64,000 nucleotides of DNA. Origin: Octopus vulgaris. Taxonomy: Eukaryota. A program made the translations under genes and the position numbers. The stretch covers positions 74,028,001 to 74,092,000 of the forward strand of contig OX597830.1 in the NCBI GenBank assembly GCA_951406725.2. The letters are read 5' to 3'. Under the pieces are notes generated by a model, which saw only the letters and a program-made list of their open reading frames with translations, had not been told where the DNA came from and made no database searches. Below, piece by piece: positions 29,839 through 43,925 of this stretch (position 1 is its first letter; each line of letters starts with the position of its first letter).

Positions 29839-30303
29839 ATTAATTCATTTTATATCAAACAAGCGCTGAATTGTATAGCATGCTTCACCGTCTTATAACT
29901 TCAAAATGGAAAAAAATTATACACTTGAACGAAAATGTATATTGCGTATATGCAATAAGATGTTTTTTTTTTTTTAGATTTCTGCTTACACGGTTGGGTG
30001 ACATAAAAAAAGTAAGCAAATAATCGAATTATGCAATTATCAAGCATGCAATTGAGTGGAATCAACTGCACTATTCAGTGAGGGGGCGATACATGTTATG
30101 ATTGCATAGACTTCTTAACGAAAAATAATTGCAGCTTTAAATTCCATGGGTTGAACAATTACAAGTCTGAAATTTTGTGCACAATACCTAAATGTTTAAC
30201 CGTAAGTCTAACCAACAATAAATTTAAGTGAATTATATATGTATGTAAATGTCTGTGTGTATACACATAAATACACATATATTCATACATCAAAATAAGC
30301 AAC

Positions 30304-30354
30304 AGGATATCAAGTAATGCAATACGATCGTGTTGCATTACTATTTGATATCCT
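30304..30354. repeat. Short fold-back palindrome centred on ACGATCGT
   Basis: AGGATATCAA-GTAATGCAATACGA | TCGTGTTGCATTAC-(TAT)-TTGATATCCT. Confidence 0.8.
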
Positions 30355-30478
30355 CTGGCCTATTTGTTCACCTTACTGTGCGGATAATACCGGACTGATT
30401 TGGTGCTTCAACTTATGTACCAAATTCCACTGAATCTTAATTATTTCTATATATTTATACATATATGTTTATATATTT

Positions 30479-30645
30479 AGGCGTAAGAGTGGCCGTGTGG
30501 TAAGTAATTTGCTTACCAACCACATGGTTCCTGGTTCAGTCTCACTGCGTGGCACTTTCGGCAAGTGTCTTCAAAACCTTGTGAGCGGATTTGGTAGACG
30601 GAAACTGAAAGAAGTCCGTTGTATATACATGTGTGTGTGTGTGTG

Positions 30646-30702
<57 letters not shown>

Positions 30703-30892
30703 TTATGTGTCTATGTTGGTCCCCCCAACAACCAATGCCGGTGTATTTACGTCACCGTAAATAGCGGTTCGGCAAAAGAGACCGACAGAATAAGTACTAG
30801 GCTTAGAAGGAATAAGTCTTGGGGTCGATTTGCTCGACTAAAGGCGGTGCTCCAGCATGGGCACAGTCAAATGACTGAAACAAGTAAAAGAG
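30479..30892 (+). mobile_element. SINE family B copy with expanded internal (TG)n
   Basis: Family B head, a small deletion, a (TG)n tract and an intact tail. Confidence 0.9.
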
Positions 30893-31230
30893 TATATGTA
30901 CCTGCGTATGTGTGTGTCTGCGTGTGTGTGTGTAGTGTGTATGTGTAGTGTGCATATTTGTGTGTGTACACAAGAACATTAGAAGCGATTGTTTTATTTT
31001 TTCGTATTTTGTTCTAACAAAAACAGAGCATCGACCGTGATATCATACAGAGCTTTATGGAAAAACTCCTGGTATGGTGGTGCTTTAATTTCACAATAAG
31101 CTGTACAAGCACAGTTGTTGGAACAACAGAACATGTTCACGAACATGCAGGTTACAAAAATCTATCCAATAAACAAATATTAACCACCCACCCCTCAGAC
31201 ACATACAAGTTGGCGTGAAGTATCTATTTT

Positions 31231-31400
31231 GGAAGCACTCCGTCGGTTACGACGACGAGGGTTCCGGTTGATCCGAATCAACGGAACAGCCTGCTCGTGA
31301 AATTAACGTGTAAGTGGCTGAGCACTCCACAGATACGTGTACCCTTAACGTAGTTCTCGGGGATATTCAGCGTGACACAGAGAGTGACAAGGCCGGCCCT
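31231..31400 (-). mobile_element. 5'-truncated SINE family C tail type 2
   Basis: Near-identical to 32033-32202. Confidence 0.9.
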
Positions 31401-31467
31401 CAGCTTGGGGGAGGAATAATTGGCCATCGAGTTTTTATCTTGAAGAGGAATTTGTCACTCCTATTAA

Positions 31468-31689
31468 CCCTTTCGTTACCAACCCGGCTGAAACTGGCTC
31501 TGGCTCTGAGTACAAATGTCTTGTTTTCATAAGTTTTGAATTAAAATTTTCCACCAAACCTTAGTCACAATCTGTGCTCTTAACACTAGATGAATGATAA
31601 CTAAGTTATTTTACAAAATTCTTTGTTATATATTTAAAGTAATTGAAATAAACACAGATCATCTCAAAATAAATACAGTAACGAAAGGG
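31468..31689. mobile_element. piggyBac-type MITE
   Basis: 12-bp TIR CCCTTTCGTTAC / GTAACGAAAGGG flanked by TTAA (31464-31467) and CTAA (31690-31693). TTAA targets and CCC...GGG ends are piggyBac hallmarks. Confidence 0.85.
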
Positions 31690-32024
31690 CTAACCAAGGA
31701 ACGAAATGGGCCAACGTTATCACTCGTCCTCTTACGAATAACAACTATATTTTAGTATCGTTGAGGGCTTAAGTGCATTTAGCTACCACATGTTTCCGAG
31801 TTCAATTCAACTGTTTGGCGCTTTAGCGAGTACCTCTACCATAGATGTAGGTTGATTAATGCCTTATAAGTAGGGTTCAGAAGGATTTTAAAATATTTTC
31901 TTATACTTAATTTTGCGAACAGGTACATTCTTCCATTTTAACTAACACCATTGAAATCGTCTTCACCTTGAATACTGTTGTCCACAAACACAAACAACCG
32001 ACAAGGCAGGCCTTGATTATAGAT

Positions 32025-32419
32025 GGATGGATGGAAGCACTCCGTCGGTTACGACGATGAGGGTTCCGGTTGATCCGAATCAACGGAACAGCCTGCTCGT
32101 GAAATTAACGTGTAAGTGGCTGAGCACTCCACAGACACGTGTACCCTTAACGTAGTTCTCAGGGATATTCAGCGTGACACAGAGAGTGACAAGGCCGGCC
32201 CTTTGAAATACAGGTACAACAGAAACAGGAAGTAAGAGTGAGAGAGAAAGTTGTGGTGAAAGAGTACAGCAGGGATCACCACCACCCCCTGCCGAAGCCT
32301 CGTGGAGCTTTAGGTGTTTTCGCTCAATAAACACTCACAACGCCCGGTCTGGGAATCGAAACCGCGATCCTATGACCGCGAGTCCACTGCCCTATCCACT
32401 GGGCCATTGCGCCTCCACA
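32025..32419 (-). mobile_element. tRNA-derived SINE family C, tail type 2, with 10-bp TSD
   Basis: Minus-strand head GGAGGCGCAATGGCCCAGTGG...GGTTTCGATTCCC and a (TCCA)n tail. TSD GATTATAGAT at 32015-32024 and 32420-32429. Confidence 0.9.
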
Positions 32420-32919
32420 GATTATAGATATCGTCTCGAGAAACTCAAACTTTATTCCCTCCATCGCCTCCTGGAATGCTATATCGCTTATATCATGTGG
32501 AAAATATTCCAACAGCACTGCCCAAATGAGGATCGATCCCCGTGCCATCCGTTCTCTCTACAAAAACCATGCTCATGTCATTACACAGCTGGCGGTGTTT
32601 ATGGCGGCTGTGGCGATCATTTCGGCAATTGAAATGAGGTTAGTTAGAGAGTGACAAGCAGTGAAGTGAAGAAAGAAATTTTAGCCGCCTTTGTCAAGTA
32701 GGTGTACCTGGTGATATAAGAGACATAGTTGGTGTGTGTGTGGTGGTGGTGGTGGTGGTGGTGGTGGTGGTGGTGGTGGTGGTGGTGTGTGTGTGTGTGT
32801 GTGTGTGTGTTTGTGTTTGTGTGTGTGTGTGTGTGTATGTATGTCATTTTCAGTTTTATTTCACGATTTCTTTTCAGTAGGGAAAGAGCCGGTTTCTGTA
32901 TGTATCTTTCTTTTTTCGC

Positions 32920-33334
32920 TTTCTTTTTACGTGTTTCAGTCATTCGACTGCGGCCATGCTGGAGCACCGCCTTTAATCGAGCAACTCGACCCCGGGACTT
33001 ATTCTTTTGTAAGCCCAGTACTTATTCTATCGGTCTCTTTTCCCGAACCGCTAAGTGACGGGATCATAAACACACCAGCATCGGTTGTCAAGCAATGCTA
33101 GGGGGACAAACACAGACACACAAACACACACAAACATACACACGCACATATATATATATATACATATATACGACGGGCTTCTTTCAGTTTCCGTCTACCA
33201 AATCCGCTCACAAGGCTTTGGTCGGCCCGAGGCTATAGTAGAAGACACTTGCCCAAGGTGCCACGCAGTGGGACTGAACCCGGAACCATGTGGTTGGTAA
33301 GCAAGCTACTTACCACACAGCCACTCCTGCGCCT
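32920..33334 (-). mobile_element. SINE family B, full length
   Basis: Reverse complement matches 29109-29503 and 41850-42257. Confidence 0.92.
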
Positions 33335-33442
33335 GTGTATGTATGCATGTGTTTCCATCTAGCTGTCTATCCGTCTGTCTGTCTGTCTATCTGTCTGTCT
33401 GTCTCTCTCTCTATCTATCTATATATATATATATATATATCA

Positions 33443-33522
<80 letters not shown>

Positions 33523-33797
33523 ATCTTTCTAGTTAGCTAGCTAGATAGCTATCTGTCTGTACGTATGTACTTATGTGTGTGAGTGCGTGTCCTTGTTTCA
33601 GTGTGATGAGAGTGTGTGTGTGGTTGGGAATGTATGTGTGTGTGTGAGTGTGTATTTGTACATCATGAATGCGTGAGTAACGGTGGGCGTGGTGTGCGCG
33701 TGGGCGTGGGCGTATCTATATTCAACTCGACAAGAGACGACAGAGAATTCCAAACAGAAAACCTGAATACAGGTAGATCTTCAAAGACGAACCCACC

Positions 33798-33872
<75 letters not shown>

Positions 33873-34034
33873 ACTATAGATCCTGTTGATCAAGATAAAA
33901 TATGCCTGGGAAATAAAGGACGGACTACCATTGAGGAAAAGTTTGTTCATATTAATGTGTGAACGTACTTTTCTGATACCAAAGGTTTCCTTCTCCCAGT
34001 GGCAGAATGTCGTCCATAGCTTCAAAATGTATAA

Positions 34035-34105
<71 letters not shown>

Positions 34106-34809
34106 TTGTTACTGAGAATATCACATATATACGTATAACGCGTGCGTCAAACCTGAGTCTTTGGAACTATGTGACGTTTCCATTCGACGAGCTTCGACCA
34201 GTTTACGTCAAATGACTTTCACTGGCACGGCCGTGGATCTACGTTGGTTAGGATCGAAAGTACCTACGCTAAATGATGTCTTCTACGATTGGAACCCAAT
34301 TCAGCCATCAGAATTGCTCTTACAAAACCTCAACCGGCATTCGACGAGTCGCCAATGGAATAGCTACTTTAGCGAAAAATAGCAGCCGAATTTCCCTAAA
34401 TATTAGCTCAAGATCCTATAACATACAATATTTAAAATTACACCAATAGTGCGCCAAAAATTTTAATGTGTGTGCTGCATATGAAAAACAGCACAGAAAA
34501 AATTGGATTGTCACGGTGGGAGGAGACGCTTTAATTCATAGTTGTCTTCAATCACAAGCTCACTCACGGCTAAACTCCCAGATCGTTGACGAAACGAAAC
34601 ACTAGAAAATGCTTCTGACACCTGTGAAACTCCTGCGTGAAGACACGTAAAGACACCATGAATCTGCTGTACCTGATATGCACAGTTTGAAATTACATAT
34701 GTTCATTCAAAGTAATATATACACTAGACTAGTTCAGTGATCAAGTATAGACATGGTCAGGTGATAGCTAGTAACATTGACCTATCTGTGTTGTCACATT
34801 GATGGAGTG

Positions 34810-34895
<86 letters not shown>

Positions 34896-34897
34896 GT

Positions 34898-34931
<34 letters not shown>

Positions 34932-34937
34932 ATATAC

Positions 34938-35015
<78 letters not shown>

Positions 35016-35394
35016 GTACATACATACACGTCACACATACACACACATTGCTAGGACCCAATACTGGATACGGAGTAAAAGTTTTTATTTGCTAACAAGA
35101 ATGACAGAGATTTGAAGATTTGGTTGTATCAAGGTTTCCTAATACAGTGAATTTATGTGTGGTGGGGCGTGTGTGTGTGTATATGTGTGTGTGTGTGTAT
35201 GTGTGTGTGTGTGTGTGTGGAATGGTGTGTTTTCCAAAATGGAAATGTGATCGGCTGGTAAAGTTAAGACTCTTGGATGTTTTCCTACTTTTCTTAACAT
35301 GAAACAAATGGTCGCCTTAATTCACAGATACAGAAACTATATCCACTAACGCGGTGTTCAGCACATATTTCCATCGTTCAACATATACGTTTGT

Positions 35395-35512
35395 ATGTGG
35401 CTATGTAGAAAGATGCTTGCTTCCCAACCACATGGTAACGAGTTCAGTACTACTGTGTGACACCTTGGGCAAGTGTCTTGTACTATAGCCTCCGGCCGAC
35501 CAAAGTCTTGTA
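35395..35512 (+). mobile_element. SINE family B 5' fragment
   Basis: CCAACCACATGG..GAGTTCAGT..CACCTTGGGCAAGTGTCTT.TACTATAGCCTC. Confidence 0.8.
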
Positions 35513-35815
35513 TTAGTTTCCAAAGAATTTTACCTACACTATCAATGTTTTATTTAACCTACGCTACGCTCTCCTTCTCACTCCTACATACGTATGCATC
35601 TGTTGGTGGATATATTTAAACAATAACTACAAAGAAAACAATTACAACACAAGCAACAATACAGTGCCGTTATAGCAAGAATAGCAGAACTACATCAAAG
35701 GAAGGAGCGTCTCCGGGGTTCTTCGATCTGCTAGAAATAGCAACCAAATCTCCAGCTGCTTACTGTTGGAACCTTCTTCGTTTATATTACTCTTCAGGCA
35801 AAACTTGAATTGGCT

Positions 35816-36009
35816 AAAGAAGAAGAAGAAGAAGAAGAAGAAGAAGAAGAAGAAGAAGAAGAAGAAGAGGGGGAAGAAGAAAAAGAAGGAGGAGGGGAGG
35901 AGGAAGAAGAAGAGGAGGGAAGACGAAGAAGAAGAAGAAGAAGAAGAGGGGGGAGGAAGAAGAAGAAGAGAAGAAGAAGAAGAAGAAGAAGAAGAAGAAG
36001 AAGAAGAAG

Positions 36010-36039
<30 letters not shown>
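35816..36039. repeat. (GAA)n/(GAG)n polypurine tract
   Basis: About 220 bp of almost pure purine. Confidence 0.95.
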
Positions 36040-36040
<1 letters not shown>

Positions 36041-36481
36041 GTCGTCAGTCAGCGAATTTAGCCAATCAGAGAAGACAGAAAATTCTAAAGAATGTCAAGA
36101 GGTCCATTGTCACATCGGATCACATCAGCAGGCTTGTCCGTAGCTTTTACGAAATATAATAACGAAACGTAGAATTACTGGAAGGGGAATTCCGGGTCTT
36201 CCATTGCTTAAGTCTCGTCCCCTACTGGTCATCAATTACCCCTGCTGTCTAATTAAATGGCCAATGACACAATGACAGTGTGATCGGAAACCACGTGACA
36301 ATTAATCCCGAAGGACTATAGATTATGGCAGAAATGTATTTCAAAATGTCCTCTAACCCGAGTTTAATTTGGATCCTCTTCTCGTAATGGTTATTTTTGA
36401 GATAACATTTTTTTTGGCTCCGTTATACAGGAAGGAAGGGACAGGCTGAACACATACATTTGCATGTGTATATGCATATGC

Positions 36482-36528
<47 letters not shown>

Positions 36529-36652
36529 AGTATGTATGTATGTATGTATGTATGTATGTATGTATGTATGTATGTATGTATGTATGTATGTATTTATGTT
36601 CGCATGTATGTATCAAACATAGCTGACATTCATAGCTACCTTATTGCCTAAG

Positions 36653-36733
<81 letters not shown>

Positions 36734-36804
36734 GAGTATTTAAATTCACAATACACCACACATAACAAAGCTACATGCAAAAAACACACACACACACACA
36801 CTCA

Positions 36805-37180
36805 CCTTTTATCCTCTTTTTTCTCTACTTCCTCCTCCTTCTCTACCTCCCCTCTTCCCCTTCTTCCCCCTCTTCCTCTTCCTTCTCCTCATCTTACTTC
36901 ACCTTGCTCTTCTTAGTTCCCACTCTCTCCTCTCTCTTCCTCTCCCTCTCATCTACCTCCCTCTCTCTCTCTCTTTCTCTCTCCTCTCTCGTCCTCTCCC
37001 TCTCGTCTGCCTCTCTCTCCCCTTTCTCTTCCTCTCCCTCTCGTCTGCCTCTCTCTCTCCTTTCTCTTCCTCCTCCTCTCGTCTGCCTCACCCTCTCTCT
37101 CATTCTCTCTCGTCTCTCTTCCTCTCCCTCTTGTCTGCCTCCCTCTCTCTCTCTTTCTCTCTCCTCTCACTTCTTCCAAG
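36805..37180. repeat. Polypyrimidine tract with repeated CTCTCCCTCTCGTCTGCCT unit
   Basis: Directly visible CT-rich sequence with TCGTCTGCCT repeated several times. Confidence 0.85.
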
Positions 37181-37274
37181 CTCATGTTTCCCTTTATATA
37201 CTACTCCTATTGTCTTCCTGTATTTTCTTCTTTCTTACGTTCACTCACTTCAGCATACACTCAAACACACACAC

Positions 37275-37342
<68 letters not shown>

Positions 37343-37797
37343 CTCGTCTTGGCCTCCATCTCCTTCTCACACTCTCCCTCTAATCCTCTCCTTCCACAAC
37401 TCTTCAAAATATCACCTCCCACAAGCACGGTTCCCGCAATTCCTACCTCCCTCTCCCATTCCACATTACTTCATTCTCTCACCCTTGCTCTCCACTGCTC
37501 AGCACTCGAAATGACACACGTGACCTGCCTAATTACCACCCCCTGTTTTTTACCGTCCAATATAACCCAACATTATGAAATCACTGAACCAACGGAAACT
37601 TACCGTAAATTATATAGCCTCTACCTCCGGCCCACCCCTTTCATTTTTAGTTCCCTATCTCTCACTCTCTTTCTCTGTTTATTTCTCATCCTTTCTCTCT
37701 CGCTTTCTCATCCTCTCTCTCTCTCGCTTTCTCATCCTCTCTCTCTCTCAAACTTATTTATCTATTTCAACATTTATCACACCTAATTCTATCCACT

Positions 37798-37883
<86 letters not shown>

Positions 37884-37892
37884 GTCTGTCTA

Positions 37893-37925
<33 letters not shown>

Positions 37926-38697
37926 TGGTCTGTATGTCTGTATGTCTGTCACTCTATCTATCTATCTGTCAGTCTGTCTGTTTGTCTATCTCTCATTCAC
38001 TCTGTCTATTATCTCTCTCTCTCTCTCTCTCTGTCCCACTGTCTCGACTGACATAAGTGAGTTCATGTGTATGTGTATGTGTGTGTGCGTGTGCATGCAT
38101 GCGTGCGTGTATGCGTGTGTGTATGTCTGCGTGTATATGTGTGTATATGTGTAACATTATATATGGCATACATATGTGTGTGTGTGTGTGTGTATGTGTG
38201 TATTTGGTGGGGTAATCACAGTTTTTTAAGGGGCCAGCCTTCCATCCCACACACCGTATCACACTGATTCCGCCTTCAGAATTACATTAATGATACAAAT
38301 GTCTGTGGAATACTTGGCCAATTATTCCATAATTCATTGAGTGGGAAGTTCCATCGATCGAGCATCTGGAACGTTCATCCTTCGAAATCTACAGGAGAAC
38401 CCCCCCCCCTCCAAATGATAAATATATCCTAATTTTACGAAATACCTCTTACCTAATCTATTACCGATTTCTTATGAAACTTTTGGAGACGATTGGAAGC
38501 TCTCAATAGCATTATCTTCCTCATATTCTGCTAGAAATATAATGATGTTTTTGATGTGCGGATCTCTAAAGCGACGAGCAGCCAGAGCGTCGAACAAAAT
38601 GATTTGCAGTATTTGGTATTTGTTCGTTTTTTATCCGTCTTTTTTTTTTTGCAATTTGACTTCAAGTCCTTCCTAGGTCAACTTCCGTTTATCGTGC

Positions 38698-38962
38698 TAA
38701 CCGGCCCTATGACTCCTAGGACTCGTCATAGGGTCCTAGGAGCCGGTTATCCTGTTTCTATGACATAAATGTCACCGATATCACAACAGTCCTCCTGAAC
38801 TAGATGCCAGTGCGTCGCAGGATCATTCCTCTATACCTGAGTGAACTGGAGCAACAAAAAACGAAAAACGTTGCTCAATAACACAATGCACCCCTCGGTC
38901 CGGTAATCGAAACTGCGATCGCAAGTTTTTGAGTGCAACACCTTAACCACGAGGCCACGCGC
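38698..38962 (-). mobile_element. Diverged tRNA-derived SINE (family C-related), with a second copy on + at ~39583-39750
   Basis: Minus strand GCGTGGCCTCGTGGTTAAGG...GTTTCGATTACC head. The downstream CTGCGACG.ACTGGC.TC..GT.CAGG and GAAAC.GG..AACCGGC blocks are shared with the tail of 17870-18171. Confidence 0.7.
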
Positions 38963-38987
38963 TATTTGGGGTTTGATAGAATAAAGT

Positions 38988-39193
38988 AGCACGCCGGGCG
39001 AAGTGCTTCGCGGTATTTCGCCCGTCGCTACGTTCTGAGTTCAAATTCCGCCGAAGTCGACTTTGCCGTTCATCCTTTCGGGGTCGATAAATTAAGTACC
39101 AGTTACGCACTGGGTTCGATGTAATCGACTTAATTCTTTTGTCTGTCCTTGTTTGTCCCCTCTATGTTTAGCCCCTTGTCGGTAATAAAGAAA
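38988..39193 (+). mobile_element. SINE family A copy
   Basis: High identity to 15521-15770. Confidence 0.9.
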
Positions 39194-40453
39194 CGGATAA
39201 AATATATATACTACTCAAGTACAGGGATCTTGGTAATTGTCCATCCCCACTCTCACTTTCCGCTAAAATTCTGGGCCTCGTGCCGAGAGCAAAAAAAAAA
39301 CAAAAGAAAATTATGGTAGTGGACGTTGCGTTGCTTTCTACAGTGAGTATTTAGTTATTCTACCAATATATCTAAATTTTTGTTTTATTTCTTTTGTTTG
39401 CTGAACCAGAAAGGAAGAGTAGTAACTCATGACTTTTGCAGTTCTTCCGAGACCAAAGAACTTGATGCCGTTAATGTTCCGATTAAACTGTTGCAAGTCA
39501 ACTGTTGCAAGGAAGAATTTGGCAGGGAGGAAATTGCGGAGAGCCGATTTTCTAAGGAGAAAGGAAAATATATTGGTGTTAGTGAAGGAACGTGGCCTAC
39601 TGGTTGGGGCGATGCACTCACGGTCGTGAGATCGTGATTTCGATTCCCAAATCGGCTGTGCGTTGTACTCTTCGGCAAAACAATTCCTTTCATGTTGTTC
39701 CAATCCACTCGGCTTTAAATGGATAACCTTATGACTGATTGGCGTCCAAGAGTGAGATGATGACTCAGGAAACAAAAATAAAAAGAAGTCGACGGGACGG
39801 AGATCTCGCGAGTCACGTTCTGTACTCATCGATCGCTGAGTTGCGTAGTATGACGTGTACTGTGAGTCCCGACTGGTTCTTCAACCACCACGTCGAAGGA
39901 TGTTCATGAGGGATATAAACGCAATAAAGGGGGAAGAACATGGAGAGAGGAATGGGTTGAGAAGCCTGGATAGACAATTTATTGGACTAGAAAGCTCTAA
40001 GGGGCAGACGCCATTATAGTAGCGATAGAAATAACTAATTTGGATTTATGAAATTTATATAAAACTGGTTGAGTATTCCACAGAATCGTGTACTCACAAC
40101 GTAATTGTAAGGTTGAGACAAAGTGACAAAATATGCAGCTAGGTTTAATCTTTTAATTATAGGTGCGATAATAGATACAGGACTGGTATTGGATAACTAC
40201 TACGAGTATTCAGCTGATGAAAGCTAAATTTAACATCGGCTTGATTTGAACTCAGAACGTAGAGAGTCGAAACGAATACCGAAGGTATTCTTCTGTATTC
40301 TATCAAACTTTCTCGCTCTCCCCTCTTTATTTCATTCTTTCTTTTTATCTTTTTTTCTTTCCCTCTCTTATGTATGATTGTGTAGATGTAGATGTCATAT
40401 ATGTAAATATGTGTACGTGTGTGAGTGCGTGTGTGCGTGTGTGTGTATGCGTG

Positions 40454-40507
<54 letters not shown>

Positions 40508-40759
40508 CGACACGACACTGATGCTATGCTATAACAACTCTTGCCTTTTACTTGGACAATATCGATGTCGGGGACACGGGATATTTGCTTCATACCAAAC
40601 TACTTGTCTTCCATTAATAAAATGTAATTAAGGATATGAATAATCCTTGCCCAAATCTGCGCCCTGGGGGAGGAACTCGCCAAGTATAGAAGTATGGTAA
40701 AATCTCATCGAAAAACGCCTTAGATGAATGTTTTTGTGTTTAATTTTTATTTGTCTCTA

Positions 40760-41540
40760 AGCTGGTCAGCTGGCAGAATGCTTAGCGGCATTTTGTCCAT
40801 CTATACGTTCTGAGTTCAAATTCCGCCGAGGTCGACTTTACCTTTCATCCTTTCAGAGTCGATAAACTAAGTACAGGCTGAACACTGTTGAAATCAATAT
40901 TTGCTTGCAATTAAGGTGGTGAGCTGGTAAAATCATTAGCATCCCGGGCAGAATTCTTAGCGGCATTTCATTTGTCTTTAGGTTCTGTGTTCAAGTTCCA
41001 CCGAGGTCAACTCTACCTTTCGAGGTCCATAAAATAAGTACCAGTTGAGCATCAAGGTCGATATAATCGAGCTAACCTCCACCCCTAGAATTGCTAAACT
41101 TGTACCAAAATTTGGAACCAATATTATTTTTGATGTTGATGCTGATCAGGTTGTCAAGTTGGCAGATTCGTCAGCACGCCAGGTAAAATGCTCAGATGCA
41201 AGTCTTCTGAGTTCAAATGCTGCCAATGTTAATTTAACCTTCTATCCTTTCAGAGTCGACAACATTAGTACCATTTGAGCACTGGAGTCAAAATTTTAGA
41301 TCAATATGTGTCTGCCTTTTTAAGGCAGTGAGCTGGTAGAATCGTTAGCACTGCGGTCAAAATGCTTGGCGGTTTTTCATCCGTCTTTACCTTGTGAGTT
41401 CAAATTTAACTGTGGTCCAATTTGCTCATCATCCTCTCTAGGTCGATACACTAAGAACTATTGAAATACTGGGGGTCGAGATAATTGACTAACCCCCTTA
41501 AAATCGCTGGTATTGTACCAAAATTAGAAAGAATTATTAT
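40760..41540 (+). mobile_element. Cluster of four co-oriented SINE family A copies
   Basis: Heads at ~40765, ~40913, ~41155 and ~41322, each followed by a GTTCAAAT / CTTTC..GGTCGA core. Confidence 0.85.
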
Positions 41541-41849
41541 TATTCTTTCAAAAATAGTAGAAGGAATTTACTTTTGATGTTTCAGAAAATGCAGGGCTAT
41601 GTATTACATGCCCCAATTTGCCTTATGTGATTGTTTCCCCATTTTGGAAACCTTTACTTTTTCTTAATCCATTTATTTTTTATCCACTGTTAGTTCTATC
41701 AATAATTCTCTGTTTAAAAAGGAGCTAGGATGGCACAGTATTTAAAGCGATGAACAATATAACCAGCTATTTTCCTTTACGTTGCACGATCAACACCTAG
41801 CGATGACCTTCGTATTTCATCTTTGCGGTGCTCGATAAAAATAAAACTT

Positions 41850-42257
41850 AGGAGTGGCTGTGTGGTAAGTAGCTTGCTAACCAACCACATGGTTCCGGGT
41901 TCAGTCCCATTGCGTGGCATCTTGGGCAAGTGTCTTCTGCTATAGGCTCGGACCGACCAAAGCCTTGTGAGTGGATTTGGTAGACAGAAACTGAAAGAAG
42001 CCTGTCGTATATATATATATATATATGTATATGTGTGTATATGTTTGTGTGTTTGTGTTTGTCCCCCTAGCATTGCCTGACAACCGATGCTGGTGTGTTT
42101 ACGTCCCTGTAACTTAGCGGTTCGGCAAAAGAGACCGATAGAATAAGTACTGGGCTTACAAAGAATAAGTCCCGGGGTCGATTTGTTCGACTAAAGGCGG
42201 TGCTCCAGCATGGCCTCAGTCAAATGACTGAAACAAGTAAAAGAGTAAAAAGAGAGT
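41850..42257 (+). mobile_element. SINE family B, full length
   Basis: All family B blocks are present, with a (GTAAAAAGA)-repeat tail. Confidence 0.92.
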
Positions 42258-42813
42258 ATTTAAGTACTGGAGAAGATTTAATAGATCATCCTTTCTTACA
42301 AAATTTGTGGTGTTGCGTAAACACTGGATGCTGTTTTTGTTTTCTGTCTATAAGAAAACTTTTCACTTTCTACGCAAAGCTGAGTTATTTCATTCTTTGA
42401 ATTATTTCTCAGACGATCGAGAAATAGAGAATGATGGAGCAAATACTCTCCGCAGTCATTGGAATGAACTAATAATAGAATGTACACATACACAAACACA
42501 AACACACACTCACACATATATACATATATAAATGTATGTGTGTATAATTATATATATATATATATATGTTATGATATGATATGATATGATATGCATTAGT
42601 ATATCTATAAACAAATGCAACCAGGCCCACAACCCACAAACATACACTTCATTACCCAAGCATTGTCCTGTAAGTCAACGGTATATTCAAGTTAGATGTC
42701 AATAGAAATCGAAAAGCCATCAAACCATAACACCTCCACCTACACAAACGACCATTAACACCAACATCACCAACAACTGATACACAAACAGAACCACAAA
42801 GATAGACACAAAC

Positions 42814-42863
<50 letters not shown>

Positions 42864-43302
42864 TTATTTATAATCTTTCCAAAATCGAGAAAGACGAATA
42901 TTGAAGAATACCATTCATAGAAATGGCAAAGAATATGCAGTCTACAGACATCTCCAAGAGCTGGCATCAGAAATCTCACCTTTCACACATCTTTTTCCCC
43001 GTCATTATCATACGTCACAATTACCATGGAAACAAGACTTAGTGCTTATATATATATATATGGGATGGGGTGGTGGGGAAGACGATAAGTGCATAAGGTT
43101 TGGTCGATAGAGCAGGAAAAGACATTAATATTGGCAGAATTATATGACGTTCCTTTTCATTTTTTTTTTTGCTTAGTCTTTTCTTTCCCTTCTTTATATT
43201 GTTGTTTCGGTGGTTTTCAAATTTCTAAACATGTCCAAACAGTTTTATTACACGTCTATATATATATATACTTGCTTACATACATATCAGCGCATATGTA
43301 TG

Positions 43303-43357
<55 letters not shown>

Positions 43358-43610
43358 GTATGCATATGATTATGAATACGTACTTACAAGCACACACGCA
43401 TAAATACACATACTTTCATGCATACATACATACATACACACATACATACATACATACATACATACATACATACATACATACATACATACATACATACAAA
43501 CATACACACATACATACATATATACATGCACATCGACATGTGAGTTCGTATAAGCACAAAATTGCGCCAACACTCCCTTTTGAAAACTTGTGCATATGCA
43601 CGTGTGTATC

Positions 43611-43667
<57 letters not shown>

Positions 43668-43860
43668 TTACACACGTATACGAGCATCACGCGCTCCCCT
43701 ATACGCATATAAATTCGCAATCACACACATGCACCCACACGTAAAAAACATTGTTTGTATATAATCTAAAAGATGAAGCAAAGCTTTGGGGGCAAAAAGA
43801 TATATATATATATATACTTAGAAGATAGATAGCGAGAGAGAGCTAGCTAGAAAGATAGAT

Positions 43861-43925
<65 letters not shown>

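Noticed and set aside
35766-36143. Lys/Glu-rich ORF
   Set aside because: It is a (GAA)n microsatellite, with no splice or homology support.
39338-39829. 163-aa ORF
   Set aside because: It overlaps a decayed tRNA SINE in antisense and has no recognisable motif.
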